Positions 38,799 through 39,385 of a stretch of 39,385 nucleotides of DNA are shown here, in pieces (positions within the stretch are counted from its first letter, which is position 1; each line of letters starts with the position of its first letter). Origin of the DNA: an uncultured Verrucomicrobiales bacterium (GTDB lineage Bacteria > Verrucomicrobiota > Verrucomicrobiia > Verrucomicrobiales > DEV007); the NCBI GenBank assembly GCA_938091905.1, contig CALKOM010000098.1, positions 1 to 39,385 on the forward strand, given 5' to 3'. The position numbers were made by a program, and so were the translations under genes. The notes beneath the pieces are model-generated. The model was not told the origin of the DNA. It did no database searches and worked only from the letters and a program-made list of their open reading frames with translations.

Positions 38799-39092
38799 AT
38801 GCTTCAGCAAGGTCAGAAAGTATCCTGTATCGACGATAAGTTCCCTCTCGGAATTGAGGAAATGTATGTTGCCCTTCCCAAGGAAGGCGAGACCTACACT
38901 ATCAGAGACATAACGCCAGGCCAAGGCTTTGATCTCCAGCCTGAAATCGCCGTGACCCTCGTGGAACTGCACAACCCCATGGGCAAAGGTGGCCTCGAAC
39001 GATCCTTCAACGCCGAACGCTTCGCTCCGTTGGAAGAAACCGAACACGTTCAGGTCGTAGAAGAAGAGATCCACGAGCCAGCGACCGTCTAA
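38799..39092 (+). CDS. Small acidic hypothetical protein
   Basis: MLQQGQKVSCIDDKFP...LPKEGETYTIRD...ERSFNAERFAPL looks protein-like. The start lies downstream of the katG terminator, unlike the listed GTG at 38733. Confidence 0.7.
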   Translation: MLQQGQKVSCIDDKFPLGIEEMYVALPKEGETYTIRDITPGQGFDLQPEIAVTLVELHNPMGKGGLERSFNAERFAPLEETEHVQVVEEEIHEPATV

Positions 39093-39196
39093 GGCGGCTC
39101 GTGAACCTAGATCCCTTCAGACAAGTTGATTTGTCCCTTGATAGAGCCTGCTTTCTTCTTTTCTCACGATTTTTCATTAATCGTTGATTCGCATTG

Positions 39197-39385
39197 CTAG
39201 CGCACAAGTGAATAATGCAGCGTAGACTGCGGAAGATCGTTGGCCTTCTCGCCATTGAGGTCGAAGCCCGTCTTCATCAGCTTCACAGCCCGGAGCAAAT
39301 CGGTGGAGCGATGCGCAAAGACGGATGGGAGGCTCCCAGTCATGAGGCAATCTAGAGCTACATTGCCCGCGACAAGCAGGCGGGA
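39197..39385 (-). CDS. 3' end of an unknown CDS running off the window
   Basis: 63 open codons from the window edge (SRLLVAGNVALDCLMTG...HYSLVR*); no family recognised. Confidence 0.35.
   Translation of the reverse strand, partial: SRLLVAGNVALDCLMTGSLPSVFAHRSTDLLRAVKLMKTGFDLNGEKANDLPQSTLHYSLVR

Overview
Bacterial chromosomal window, most likely from a Verrucomicrobiota (Verrucomicrobiales-like) genome. This assignment rests on a Verru_Chthon cassette protein A remnant, a DUF1553/DUF1501 pair and verrucomicrobial-type secreted proteins; family calls are from motif recognition, not database searches. About 20 apparently intact genes are present, including an enoyl-thioester reductase, DUF1501/DUF1553, a ModF-like ATPase, an FMN reductase, a Fic protein, glgB, a pseudokinase-FGE fusion, a large LamG surface protein and furA-katG. 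There are also about seven broken or remnant genes. No rRNA, tRNA, CRISPR array or transposase was seen. The top finding is that two adjacent minus-strand ORFs (FG-GAP/CRTAC1-like at 27361-29007; ASPIC/UnbV-thioredoxin-TPR at 25615-27339) are in one frame, separated by a single TGA. That TGA is followed by a hairpin with the spacing and GGUC loop of a bacterial SECIS element, so the pair is a candidate 1130-aa exported selenoprotein. Other observations are a His-to-Gln Fic active site with an inverted-repeat cluster upstream, an actinobacterial-style furA-katG unit with a visible operator, a shared C-terminal 'STDLxxW...F(Y/L)R' module on secreted proteins, signs of leaderless transcription, and local gene decay.
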